From the human T2T-CHM13v2.0 reference genome, Homo sapiens: DNA of 64,000 nucleotides. How positions within the stretch are numbered: the first letter of the stretch is position 1; the number at the start of each line of letters is the position of its first letter. The stretch lies in NCBI RefSeq assembly GCF_009914755.1, contig NC_060938.1, one strand, 5' to 3'. A program made the position numbers and the translations under genes. Shown in pieces: positions 14,862-32,160 of this stretch. The notes under the pieces are model-generated. The model was given only the letters and a program-made list of their open reading frames with translations, searched no databases and was not told the origin of the DNA.

Positions 14862-15879
14862 GTCTTTATCAGCTGCTTACTAAACACTCTCTGCAGAACT
14901 GTACTCTTAAAAAGCACTGAAGTATTTGTGCATTTCCTAAATGTACAAACAAGCACCTTTAAAACGTGGAGACAGATGAGAAAAGTAATAATTCTGCAGC
15001 AGTGGTACTCTTTCTGAGTAATCTGCTTTTGCAATGTGCAGTTCAGTGTGAGGTTGCCTGGTCCACCTTCAGACATTGTGAAACCTTCTCCCCAGAAGTG
15101 ATGTCACTGCTAATGCTGAGGATATTTAAAGCAGGGAGCAAACCAATGGGAAGACATGTGACTGTGACAAAGATGAGGGATGAGATGTGATCAATAGAGC
15201 TTTTCAGCTCAAACTTCACTCATTCTATAAATAAAACAGCTTAAAATAGACTTGAGGGATTATTTTGCCTCCTAGAAATAAAATTCACCAGTGCTCAGGA
15301 CAAGGCCTAGAATATAATGTGCTCGGTGAGTGTTTGTTAAAATGTGGAATAATTCTGAATCCTATGTCCAGCTGCTCCCACTCCTGCAGCAGAGAGGAGC
15401 CTGCAGTTTGCCATTTCCAGATCTCCAGGGAGAAGGGATCTGGGGGCCTGCTCTGTAGACGCGTTCTGGAAGGGGAAAGAAGGCATGGTCCTCCATGCTC
15501 TGTATGCTCAGCGGGGAGTTAAACATTGGAAAGAAACAGTTTCTAGCCCCCTGGGTTCCTGAATGGCTCTTGTTTTCTGTAGTTTGGGATATACTCCTGG
15601 GATCATTTGCATGTGCCTGCTTTTCTAGATCCATCTCCCTCTCCTACAATAACAACAAAACAACAACAGACATTCCTGAGGCATTTCTTTGAAGGCAGCT
15701 GTGCTGCTGGATTACCCATCAAAAAGACAGAAAACCTCAGTAGCCTGGCAACTTGAGAAGCCCCAGCCAAGATGCCCCACACCTCTACCCCACTTCAATA
15801 AGCTGATTTAACTCAGAAAAGTGTATATATGGTGCTGGCCGCTCTTGAGAAGGTTATTTGGTTTGGGTACAGTGGTGTT

Positions 15880-16309
<430 letters not shown>

Positions 16310-17139
16310 TAACTCTGCTCTTTGAGGGAATGTATTATCGCCCTGACAGTAGCAGATTCAACCAAATTACTCCTTTAGCTCTCTGGTTCCTGGAGTCAGG
16401 AAGTGTCCAACAGGATCCCTGGTCCCGGCCACCTTGCACTCCAGACTGAGGAGCATTTTAGTTAAGCCCAGTTGCTTCAGATTTTAGTGACCTTGGTGGG
16501 AATCTAGGCTCTACCATCACCTAGCAATGTATGCTCAGTAAATGGCAGCTACTTATTATTATTACATTGCTGGGCATATAGCCTTTCCCTACTCACCAAG
16601 ATGTGTTTGTTTTGAAATACCTCCTAGCTGGCTTCTGTCCCAGAATTTTATTTGAGAACAATGAGGGTTTTAATCACATTTTCATCCTGAATGAACCAAA
16701 TCGTAATCCCTCTATGTTTTGTGTGAGTGTATTTGTATTTTTTAATTGAAGTACAAACTCAAGAAGCAGTTTTCACACTCCCTCCCTCTGGTCAACATCC
16801 AGTAGACATTTTTGGGATTAGAAGCTAATACATCATATTAGAGACTAAAATGCAAAATCTTCTAAAGTGGTATAGACCACATGGGTGTGAGATCTTTTAT
16901 ACTTGAAATTTTTCCAAGTCAGTCCAGAGCCATTTCAGTACAGTTATACCCATAGCCACACCTCTCTGTTGACAGAAACCCTTAAAATTTTTTCCCCCAA
17001 TTTTTTCAGTATCAGACATCCGTGGTCTTTCTGGACTCCAGTCTCAGGGTTGTCTTCCTCCATGGCCAACTGCCCCACCATGCAATATATATCAGCCTCC
17101 TCCTGTCTTGGTTACCAATTAGAAATGAGAAATGGCTAA

Positions 17140-17665
17140 GTGTTCTGGCTATGGAGTCATCTCAGTTATCAGTGGTGTGACCCTAGGAAAATTAGCTACC
17201 AGCTCTGTGACTCAATTTCCCCATTTTTAACGTACAGGTAATTATAATAAGTACTGTCTTAAGATTGTTGGGAAGATTGAATAAAATAATATATGTAAAG
17301 AGCTTATAGCTCAGGAATTGGCATTTAGGCTGGGCGCGGTGGCTCACACCTATAATCCCAGCACTTTGGGAGGCCAAGGCGGGCAGATCACTTGAGGTCA
17401 GGAGTTCGAGACTAGCCTGGCCAACATGGTGAAACCCTGTCTTCACTAAAAATACAAAAATTAGCTGAGCGTGGTAGCTCGCGCCTGTAATCCCTGCTAC
17501 TCAGGAGGCTGAGGCAGAAGAATCACTTGAATCTGGGAGGGAGAGGTTGCAGTGAGCCGAGATTGCCCCACTCCACTCCAGCCTGGGCGACAGAGCAAGA
17601 CTCTGTCTCAAAAAAAAAAAAAAAAAAAAAATTGGGATTTAGTAAGAGCTCAATAAATACTATTT
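17140..17665 (+). mobile_element. MIR interrupted by an AluS (17327-17630)
   Basis: MIR core (TGTGACCCTAGG...CTCAATTTCCCCAT...GTAAAGAGCTTA) resumes after the Alu (AGTAAGAGCTCAATAAATA). Confidence 0.8.
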
Positions 17666-17843
17666 TAAAAAATCATGTTAGTTGGGAGATAGTGGTCTAG
17701 TAGCTAGATCAGCATCCAGTATTGTTCTGTAGCAAATATACCAAGATCCCCCAAAAACATAAATTGTGCTGAAAACAAAATGGTCTGACATTATATACTT
17801 TTTAATTTTATTATTACAGCTCTCTGGCCAGCTTTTTCACCTT

Positions 17844-18239
17844 TGTTAAGTTTAGCTGAAAGCTGCCTCCTTACATATTTTAAATTCCACTTAAAGATTT
17901 CTCCATATGTAGTGAAACGTAACCTAACTGGATGTGTAAATAGACTGTAACCTACTTTTGTACCATTCACTGAGTTTCAGCCAATCAAAGGCAGCCAACT
18001 GTCCAACCCTTGTTCAAATAAGGAAAATGTAGAGCTGTAACTAATCAAGCTGTTTCTGTACCTTGCTTCTATTTCCTGTATGTCACTTGCCTTTTTCTGC
18101 CCATAAATCTTCTTCGACCATGAGGCTGCCCCAGAAACTCTGAATCAGTTCTGGTTCAAGAGGCTGCCTGATTCACAAATTGTTCTTTGCTCAATTAAAC
18201 ACTGTTAAATTTAATTTGTTTAAGGTTTTCCTTTTAATG
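17844..18239 (+). mobile_element. MER57-family (ERV1) solo LTR in intron 1, antisense to SLC7A8
   Basis: Starts TGTTAAGTTTAGC..AAAGCTGCCTCCTTACATATTTTAA; CCAAT-type repeats; ATTAAA; 4-bp TSD CCTT (17840-17843 / 18240-18243). Confidence 0.8.
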
Positions 18240-18649
18240 CCTTCAAGACACAGATTCTGGTTACATACCTAGATACGTGACTGGTATAAAGTACCTAAAT
18301 GGCCAGGAACTCTGTGGGTACCTCTAACACGGCTGGGAAGAACACTGGTCCATAAAGGAAAGGTGTGCATGTGCAGGAATGAATGCGAGCATGGTCTGTG
18401 CTGGCCAGATGCCCCTCAGGCTCACCCAAGTCTTCCTGCAATTGCACCGGGAATATTACTTTCTTCCACTCCCAGCTGACAGCCCAGCTCCCCTGCTATA
18501 CTGGGAGTCTTCCTCACTGGGAACACAAAATTAATTGCTATACAATAAGTATTCATTCATCTATAAAAATGAATAAGGACCTCTGTCCAGATTCTAAAAG
18601 AAAATACTCCTTTAGGAGATAAAAATAGAAATAGTGAAGAATAATGCTT

Positions 18650-18890
18650 ACAAGCTTGATTCAGGATGCAGACAAGCTCTGGGTTTGAATCCTAGCTCCA
18701 ATATTTTTTAGTTGTGTGACCTTCAGCAAAGTTGCTTACCCCTTTGAGCCTTTATTTCCTATCTGGAGGAAGAGGTAATAAAGTGTCTACCAAATGAGTT
18801 ACTGTGAATGACAAATAAGTTCAGGTATGTTAGGTAATTGGATGAGTACCTGGCATATACTAAGTGTTTAATAAACACAGCTATTAACAG
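18650..18890 (+). mobile_element. MIR
   Basis: GGGTTTGAATCCTAGCTC...TGTGTGACCTT...CCTGGCATATACTAAGTG; further MIR remnants near 5030-5220, 7400-7580, 7900-8120, 10390-10950, 12650-12850 and 36400-36640. Confidence 0.75.
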
Positions 18891-19302
18891 TAGCTCTGGT
18901 ATCATTAATAAATGAACTTTGCTGTCCTCCGCACCCTCTTTCGACTTTGGGGGGAACTCCACGTTCATGGTGAAATCTAAATTAATATGCTGCCAACAGG
19001 TTTCCTTAGCCAAGTACATGGAGAACAAAAGCCTGATTAGGTTAGGACAAGGATGATGTTAAAAGATTAAAATGGGCCAACCTAATTGTCCAGGTTGATA
19101 AAACTACTCCTAGCTTAAAGATTTTCAAGCCAGGTTCCCAGCAGCCCTGCAGATAAATGTTTCCTATTCATATTTTTGTCCTAGAGTCGGTTAAATTCAA
19201 CAATCATTTGAGTAAGTATTCCTTAGCAGGCATTCTGTTAAACACTAAAGATTCAGAAACATATAAGACACTTGCTTTTTTTTTTTAAGAGGCAAGGTTT
19301 TG

Positions 19303-19677
<375 letters not shown>

Positions 19678-20193
19678 AATTTTTCTCATAGTTCAATTTT
19701 TTTTTACGGACACAATCTTTGATCTAGGAAATAACAGTTTAGTCATTATGCTTTTACCTAAGAAAACTCCCAGAATCAGCTCCCCTACTTCATCTTCTCC
19801 TCAAAGCCTTCAAGATGCTTCTTAATCTAGTTCTTAGTAAGAACCTCTCTCTCCTGGCTTCCCACCATTCACATAACTTTGCCCTACTTTAGCTCTTTCA
19901 CAACTAAACCATGTCATTAATTTTGAATGTTCTCTGTTTAGTACATATGCATCTCATCCTCCCAATCAGGATATAAGGAACTCTCTGGCATAAGTCTTCT
20001 ATTAATTCATTGTATATTTCCATAACACCTACCATTCTGTTATCCTTGCTTTCAATCATCCATGTTGATTGTGAATGAAATTTTACAAAACATGTAGTTT
20101 AAATTATCCCTCTTAGTCAGTAAGGTATGAGAGAGATAGATTTAGGGCAAATGTAACTTTGCCACAGTCCCTGAAAAAAAAAAAAAGATCTGG

Positions 20194-20502
20194 GGGCCGG
20201 GCACGGTGGCTCATGCCTGTAATCCCAGCACTGATAGGCCGAGGTGGGAGGATTTCTTGAGCCCAGGAGTTGGAGACCAGCCTGGGCGATACAGTGAGAC
20301 CCTGTTTCTACAAGAAAAAATTTAAAATAGCTAGGTGTCGTGGTGTATGCCTGTGGTCACAGCTACTGAGGAAGCTGAGGTGGAAGGATCGCTTGAGCCC
20401 AGGAGTTTGAGGCTGCAGCGATGCAGTGAGCACGCCACAGCACTCCAGCCTAGGCAACACAGCGAGACACTGTCTCAGAAAAAAAAGAAAGAAAGAAAGA
20501 AA
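20194..20502 (+). mobile_element. AluJ
   Basis: Dimer with A/(GAAA)n tail. Confidence 0.9.
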
Positions 20503-20550
20503 GATGGGACAAATTCTACTTTTCCATAACATGTCTCCTGATTCACTTAG

Positions 20551-20871
<321 letters not shown>

Positions 20872-21439
20872 CTTTTTTTGCCTTTTAGTTCTCTTTTTTT
20901 CTGCAGTGTTGACATTGGACACCAGATCCCTGAAATCTACACAGAAAATGCCATTTCTATTTTTGCATTTGGTCTTGAAAACACTTGAATCACGATCATC
21001 CACTGAGAAACTTCTCCAGAAGAGGAAAGGGCAGTTCCTCAGCACATCTGTGACTCAACAGCAACTCGGGAGGGGAAGCAGAATGGATTTTGTCCCCTGT
21101 TATCATCTTAAAGGGGAAATTTGTTTCTAGCTTAAGTTGGGGTAGAATAGTGCCTATTAACTCTACAAGGATTCTCATGTTTTGCAAAAATATCCCAATT
21201 TCTCTGAAATCACATATTTGGAATCTCTTTTCATCACAGAACACCAGAATTGCCATTCTAGTTACTGTAATGCCACCATGGGGAGCTTTGAGATTATTCT
21301 CCCATTGAAGTACCATCCATAAGGTTGTGGACAAATCAGTAGTAACATACACCCACAGAAATTGTACTTATTATACCTGAACACTCCCATTTCTTCATAA
21401 TCTTAGAAAAAGATGTTAAAGGAAGAGACAAAAACATCA

Positions 21440-21814
<375 letters not shown>

Positions 21815-23428
21815 CTAGAGGGGGAAAATGCTTAATTCTGTCAGTCAAATTGGTGAACGGGCTATTTATAGACCTTAAACTGGCATGTGCTATACATACT
21901 GAATACTTGGCTGTTCTCATTTCTTTTGAACAATTGAGATAAAGTAAAGGAGAGGCAAAAAAAATGTCATGAGAAAAAGTAAAGAGAGATTCAGATCATG
22001 ACTACAGTTTTTCTTATAACATTATCTTTCTTATAACTGTAGATGGCCTGGAAAACTTCCCAGAGTCAGGGAATCACATAAAATAGGATTCCAGGGTGTA
22101 GGAGGAGTTGGTGGGGGTGGGGGGGGATGGGATTTCATTTTAGAGACTGAAGAGAGCTTGGTCACTGAAGTTCTGGGTGTAGAGGTGAAGAGGATTATCT
22201 GAATACTGCACTGATTTTATTTGATTTCAAGAGTGCTCTCCAGTGTCACTATTGCTCAGATGCCAAAATATCTCTGAGCTATTGCATAGAACATGGCGTC
22301 AGCCAGAGAAACTGGTTCAGGGGCACCAGGACACAACGAGCTCTCATAAAGGAACTCTGGAGAGATGACAAAGAAGCATATCTATGCCTGACCGTCCTGC
22401 ACTCCTTTTTCTGGGAAGAAAGTAAAGCCCCCTACCAAAGATAGCAGAACAATCTCTCACTCTGAAGTGAGGGCAGGAATAGTGAGCTATTGCCTGCCAT
22501 CCATCTCCAAGGCTTCTCTGGAAAGAGGATGTGCTGTCTAGAGACGAAGCTGTATTTGGGACTCCTGCCCTGCAAAGTACATTCAGGGGGTTTGAGTGGC
22601 CTGCACTGGCACTCTTGGGGCCACCCAGGTTCCCCACCTTCAGCACCTCCCAGCTAGGACACATATTTTACCCATCAGTTCCTCCTCAACTCCATATTCT
22701 ACACATTCTAGTTACTCCTGATTCCCTCTGAGAGCTTCACCGGGTCCTCCGTGGCTGTTAAGAAACAGGTGGACCCCACCAGGCAACTGGAGAAACTGCA
22801 AACTCTCCACTTACCGAGAGGCACAATCTGTCCCCTCTTTTCTTCCATAACTTCCCCATCTGTGAAATGGGAATAACAGCCCTGTCACAGCTACTTCACA
22901 CAGTAAAAGTGCTGCATAAGGTGGAAAACGCTAAAATAAAAAGGCAGGGCATTGCTCTTGCTATTTTTAATACCTATCCCATAGTTTCATTTAACATAAA
23001 ACTGCAAAATAGCTACCAAATATACCTTAAAAGCCCATCCCCAGCCTGGGAATAATAGCTGCATAAAAACTTGTTCAGGTCCCTCAGTCCCTCCTTAAAC
23101 CTATTGAACTAGAACCTCCAAGTGTCGAGACCAGGACCTGTATTTTTAAGGAGTTCCCAGGCAATGCTAATCATCAGCCGGGTTTCTGACCACGATTTGC
23201 TCCATTCTATGAACACTGGGCAGAATCTTTGCCTGGTTTGGAGGAAGAGATGTATGATGTATTTCCTATGCCTCTCAAACTTGACCAGTGGAGGTGAGTT
23301 ACAGCTCAGGTGACTGACAATCCTTTTCTAAGGAATAGGAAGAACAATAATGCTTTCGAAGGGTTAAGATCTCACAGGAGGACCACCAGAGGGGAGAGGA
23401 GGGGTCCGCGGGAAGGAATGGAACTCAC

Positions 23429-23579
23429 CTACGATGATACCACAGGCACTGACCAATCCGATCTCTTTCTTCAGGGCTACTCCGCCCCCTCCGGAACCAG
23501 CCTCGGGGCTGGCGTCCGACTCGCCCCCACCTGGGTGTTTCTTTTCGGTGTTGTTTCGGTGCCTGGCTCCTTCTTCCAT
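23429..23579 (-). CDS. SLC7A8: SLC7A8/LAT2 coding exon 1 (151 nt, [50 protein letters not shown])
   Basis: ATG at 23579 in strong context (AGGATGG); LAT2 N-terminus and start of TM1 ([16 protein letters not shown]); donor GTAG|GTGAGT after 23429, phase 1. Confidence 0.97.
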
Positions 23580-24328
23580 CCTTCTCAGTAGGATTGCAAC
23601 CTCAAAAGCTGCCTCCCTTTCTAAATGCGTATTCGTGTAAATATATTGGGAGAGAGCTTTGAATTAGAACGTCCTTTTCCGAAATAGGAACCACTGCTAC
23701 TCTCTAAAAAAGGCAAGCAGATAAAAGAGAACACGAAAAATATTCCTACTCCGCATTCACCCTTTCTGGTCACTCGCGTTTACAAACAAGAAAAGTGTTG
23801 CTAAAAAAAAAAAAAAAAAAAAAAAAGGCCAGGGGAGACATACATTTAAATATAAAAATAGAACTGTGCCAGCGACTCCGGCTGGAATTCTGCTGAAAGG
23901 GATGTGTCTTCAGAAACCAGGATGGTTCTGCTCTGTGCACCAGGCAGTGGCTTATTCAGAAAGTGAGCCTGGATTTCCCTTCACCTCTCCCCCTAATAAA
24001 ACAGGAGACTGCCTTTACCTCCCCTTAGTTTTTTCTTTTATGATGAAGACAAAAGTAGTTTTCATTAACGGTAGGAAAAAAGAGCAATCCTCAGGTACTT
24101 TCTTCTCTTCTAGAAAAACAAACTGTGAACCTGACGGTGTTGCTCTAGATCTGGTTTCCACCTGCTATGGGTTTCTTTTCCCTTCCCCGTCTTCTGCTTC
24201 CGCCTTTCCCAGGTGTCCTCTTCTTTCTCGCTGGTCTTCGTGCCCTTGTTTTCCTCTTTTCGATCCCCGTTCTACTGCACAGCCGGCCCCATCCCTCTGG
24301 TTTCGGGAGAGTGGCTTCTCCACACACT
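23580..24328 (-). other. SLC7A8: SLC7A8 exon 1 5' UTR (upstream end approximate)
   Basis: Repeat-free sequence between the ATG and a GC-box/TATA-like module; TSS inferred ~25-30 nt downstream of the AATAAAA at 24353-24359. Confidence 0.6.
23803..23826. repeat. A24/T24 mononucleotide tract = NR-21 microsatellite-instability marker in the SLC7A8 5' UTR
   Basis: 24 consecutive A; flanks CTGGTCACTCGCGTTTACAA and TAGAACTGTGCCAGCGACTC match the NR-21 primer sites as I recall them; NR-21 is known to lie in the SLC7A8 5' UTR. Confidence 0.88.
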
Positions 24329-24600
24329 AACGTGCTTCTCTTTAGCGAGGGGTTTTATTCGCCCGCCGAGGCTCCGCCCCTGCCTCCTCTGCTCCCCTCC
24401 ATCCTCAGTCCCGTCTCCTCCCTCCTCTGCAATTTAAGTATTAGCACAAAGCCCCCAAACAGCACTGAGAAAATGGACTAAGTTATTTCTTTTTGCAATC
24501 GTCTCTCGCTTTCTCCATCTTTCTCCTTGCAACCAAGTGGAAGTAAACTCCTTCCACGTCAACTGTTCCGGGAGAGCTCATTAGCTAGTATAATGTTACA
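24329..24600 (-). promoter_or_regulatory. SLC7A8: SLC7A8 core/proximal promoter
   Basis: Minus-strand GC box GGGGCGGAG (24372-24380), TATA-like AATAAAA (24353-24359), TGACGTGG (24554-24561); locally raised CpG content. Confidence 0.6.
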
Positions 24601-24835
24601 GGTCATACAGCATCTGTGAGCTTTATAAATCAGGGAACAGTTGTGCCGATACTTTTAATGCCATCAGAAATAAACTAGCCAATGTATTAAAAAATATTTA
24701 GGACTGGATCCTGTATTTGAGAATACAGGAGAGAACGTTGAAGGGACATCATCTTCGAGTTTCCTAAAAATAGGGGGAATCGACGGGTGGGGGAGGGAAA
24801 TGGAAGGAATTAACAATGGGAAAAAGGTTCTTTTA

Positions 24836-25177
<342 letters not shown>

Positions 25178-26484
25178 CCAGAAAAACCACATGCACATAC
25201 AAAAAGATAAAAAACAAAATCACCAGGTAGCCTTGTTGTTCACAGCTCTTATTTAGGACTGGCTGAAACATGAAAAAAAATGACTCAAACCCTGATCCTG
25301 CAACTTCTAATATTTTTGCATTTATAAACTATTTGAAAAGCACACATGGGGAATTATCAGTATATCGCTGATCATGAAACATACTTGTTGATGTTAGAAT
25401 AACTAGCTTATTACCATATCGAAATGATGCCTCCACTTTCTTGAAGAATTTCACTCAGAAACTGCTGCCTTAAGGTGAGAGCAACAATGTCTATTTATAA
25501 TTGTAAATTATTTCGAAAAAACAGCATGAAGCAATATAGTGGACAACACTATAAGTCTAAAATAAAGTTATTTTTAGCCTTATTAAATATATTATGCAAA
25601 ATTATTTAATTTTAAAGTGGGCCTAAAAAATTAAGTTCCCCCAAACTGACCCCTAACTACAAAAATTTGGCCTCACTTTCTGGAAAATGTTCCAAAAGAT
25701 TTTGGGTTTTAAGGAAAATAAATACTTAATTCCTTAAAATGAGGTTTGTTGAGCTATCATAGCAAAAGCTTTTTCAAATGGGGTAAAGTCCAATCAGCAG
25801 TCATCTGCCCCCTTGATCACTCAGCAAGTATTAAGAGGTTTCAAAGGTTGGGAGGAACTTCCTCTCCTCCTTTTGCTAGTTCAAGACACAGCAAATTGAA
25901 AGACTCAGCAAAAAAAAAACAACAAACAACAAAAAAAAAAACCAGACAAGGCAGGGAATATATAGCACGAAACTCCATGGGAGGGAATGAGTCATGGGAA
26001 ATGAAAAAATGTCGAATTTGCCTCTAGCCTTTCCTGACAACCTTAGAAAGCACTGAGGAAAAATTTGATAGATTCATTTGTATACATTCAGATTTGAAGA
26101 CTTCTGCTCCGATTTCAACATCACCATATAAAACAAATAATGTTTCTGCTTCTTAAACGTGAGTTCTTTCAGTAATATTTGGTAGTTCTAATTTATATGA
26201 TGCAGACTTAATGTGGGATAAAACATGAATGTGATGAATTTGAGGTCTCTTGCTAAAACTAGTGCAAACTGATAACGATATGGTAAGCTTTAGCCCTCTC
26301 AAATTATGAACTAAGAAGCTAAGGGGGTTATGGGATCAAATACGTTCTTGGAATACAGCGGTACTAGGTGCACACGTTGGAAAGGAAGAGTTGCTGAAGA
26401 TTAGTATTTCTATTTCTTTAGCACTTGGAATTTATAAGTGGCTTATTACCATTGATTACTGGTGCGATGTAATATCTAGGAAAG

Positions 26485-26803
<319 letters not shown>

Positions 26804-27014
26804 CTAGGAAAGGAATCTCCCCACTTTCAAAGGGAGCATTATTTATATTAAGTGCCTCTCTTTAGGTTGGAATCTTTTTGTGACATAAACTCTTAAGTGT
26901 GTCAAAATTCCAGGTGACTAACATTGAACACAAGAGAGAAAGAAAAGCCTTGGTGTAATATGCTGACAAAAATCTGTAAAAAATTACAAACTAATGTTTA
27001 TTAAATTTTGAGCA

Positions 27015-27292
27015 TTTTTTTTTTTTTTTGAGAAGGAGTCTCGCTCTGCTGCTCTGGCCGGACTGCAGTGGTGCGATCTCGGCTCTCGGCTCACTGCAAC
27101 CTCTGGCTCCTAGGTTCAAGTGATTCTCCTGCCTCAGCCTCCTAAGTAGCTGGGATTACAGGCACCTGCCACCATGCCTGGCTAATTTTTGTGTTTTTAG
27201 TAGAGACGGGGTTTCACCCTGTTGGTTAGGCTCGTCTTGAACTCCTAACCTTGTGATCCACCCGCCTCGGCCTCCCAAAGTGCTGGGATTAC
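27015..27292 (-). mobile_element. AluS
   Basis: Reverse-complement dimer. Confidence 0.9.
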
Positions 27293-28028
27293 TCTATTCT
27301 GCATTTGCCTTTATATTTTTATTCTATTCTCTACGTTTAAATAGTGCTTTATAGCCCACAAATGGTTTTCTGAACAATATCTCAATTTTTTTCCTCCTCA
27401 TGTAGTATCTTGGGCAGACGAGGCAGTTATCTTAAAGATTTTAAAAATTAGAAACCTGAGGCTTAAAGAAATATTTTACCTGAGGTAAAAAACAAGACAG
27501 TCTATTTGAGGGCAAATGGGAGATTGATAGTTTACACTGAGCACTTTTTCAGGATGCTATAGCTACTGGTCAAAGCCTCAACTTCTTTCACCTGAGGGAA
27601 ACTCTGTGTTTTTGCTTTGGTGTCTTAACTGTGCCTTTTAGAGACTCACCTTGATCCTAACACTTATCTGCTCAGTGAGACCCACAGGACTTCACCTGGG
27701 CCCCCCCAACATTTGTCACCCCCTTCGCACAGTCCTCAGTGTGGCCATATCCCAAGTACGTAGTACAATTCTGTTTCCAATATCGGAGCCACTGTTTCAG
27801 CTGTTTTGCGTGCTTCAGATCAGAAGAAATTGATCCCTTTAACTAGGGAAAATTATGGATGAAAGGCCGTTTTCTTACAAATATGGATTTAGAAAGAGAA
27901 AGGCTGTGCGTAGCTGACACCTACTGGACAGAAAAGGTTATGGCTTGGGACATGCTGCTTGTGATAGTTAAAACACAAACACACACAACCCCCACGCAGT
28001 CATGTTCTAATATTCCCCTACTCCCCCC

Positions 28029-28219
<191 letters not shown>

Positions 28220-29129
28220 TAATGCAAAGGAATAGAGCACAAAGCTCATGCACTCCATTCCTGATTTTTTTTTCTAGATCCAATAGACAGCACTTTATTC
28301 TTGCTTTTTGTAACAGAGCTGGGAAGTCTGAGGTTACCAACAAAGGACCCAAATCTCTCCCTGGAGTCAACTCACAGTCCATGCGCTCACTCCATCCTTC
28401 TTCTCGTAACTATGTGCCCCATATCTATGTGCTTTAGTTTAAAGCAGAAGGAAACCCTGCTTTAAATTAAAGCCAACTTTCTTCCCAGAGTCCCAGGGAT
28501 CACTGCCTATGGTCGATTAGATGGGGCCTTCCTGAGCCAGTAGTTTTAGATGCCTTTACTTCATTAGAAAATGAAAAGCAGATGAAAATTAATGAGAAAA
28601 GAAGAAAAAATTAAAAAAAGAAAAGGCCAAAATAGGTCAGAAAGAAAGGAAGATGAAATGAGGAGACTCGGTCAGTGATTAAGCCCTTTTTAGTGTATGC
28701 TCTGTTTGCCTTTTGGGCATATTCATAAGTTCAAAGGAAGTTGTGTCTTCTAGGGTTTATGCAGTCCTGAGAATTTGGATGCAGCTGACCCTGCTTTGTT
28801 ATGATGGTTAATTAATTCAGCTCTTCTGGAGATAATGATGAATCCTTGCTCTGACACCAGAGACAAAAATTCCAACAGATTACTCCTCTGTCTGCTGCAC
28901 TTGGTGGGATTCCATGGAGCCAGCCCAGCACTAGTGGGAAAGAAATAAAGAGGCACTGCCTGTGGCAGGCCAGATCTCCGCATTTTCTTGATTCTTTTGC
29001 TGGGTCCAATCTGTCATGGGGCCTTAACAGTCTTCTTTCTCAGGATTTAAGTGACTCCAGCTTTGAATACTTAAATATGGAAACTTCCCCTTCTTAATTG
29101 GTTTTCATTATGTTTGACAAAGATGAGGG

Positions 29130-29438
<309 letters not shown>

Positions 29439-29789
29439 TCAGGTTTTTAAAGATGTAGATGACAAGTTCCCTGAGGGCAAAGACCTGCTTTGCTCACTGC
29501 TGTAACCCCAGTACCTAAAATGGTGCCTGGCACTCAATAAATATGATTGATTGAATGAATTAATGTATAAATAAATGTTGATGTACATTAATGCATAATA
29601 AATAAAATAATTACCAAATGACTCCTTGATATACCAACTAATTGTAGCAAGATGTAGCTGTTGGTGCCTGTACAGGGGCTGGAACACAGAGAAGAAAAAG
29701 ACAATCAAGGTTTTGACTTTGAAGATTATTTTATACAGAGCACAGATCTCAAGCAGGCCCTTAACACTGCCAGCAATCCTACCACAATC

Positions 29790-32160
<2,371 letters not shown>

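Noticed and set aside
23866-24481. Plus-strand 154-aa and 104-aa ORFs antisense to the 5' UTR
   Set aside because: Low-complexity translation of pyrimidine-rich sequence; no homology I can recognise
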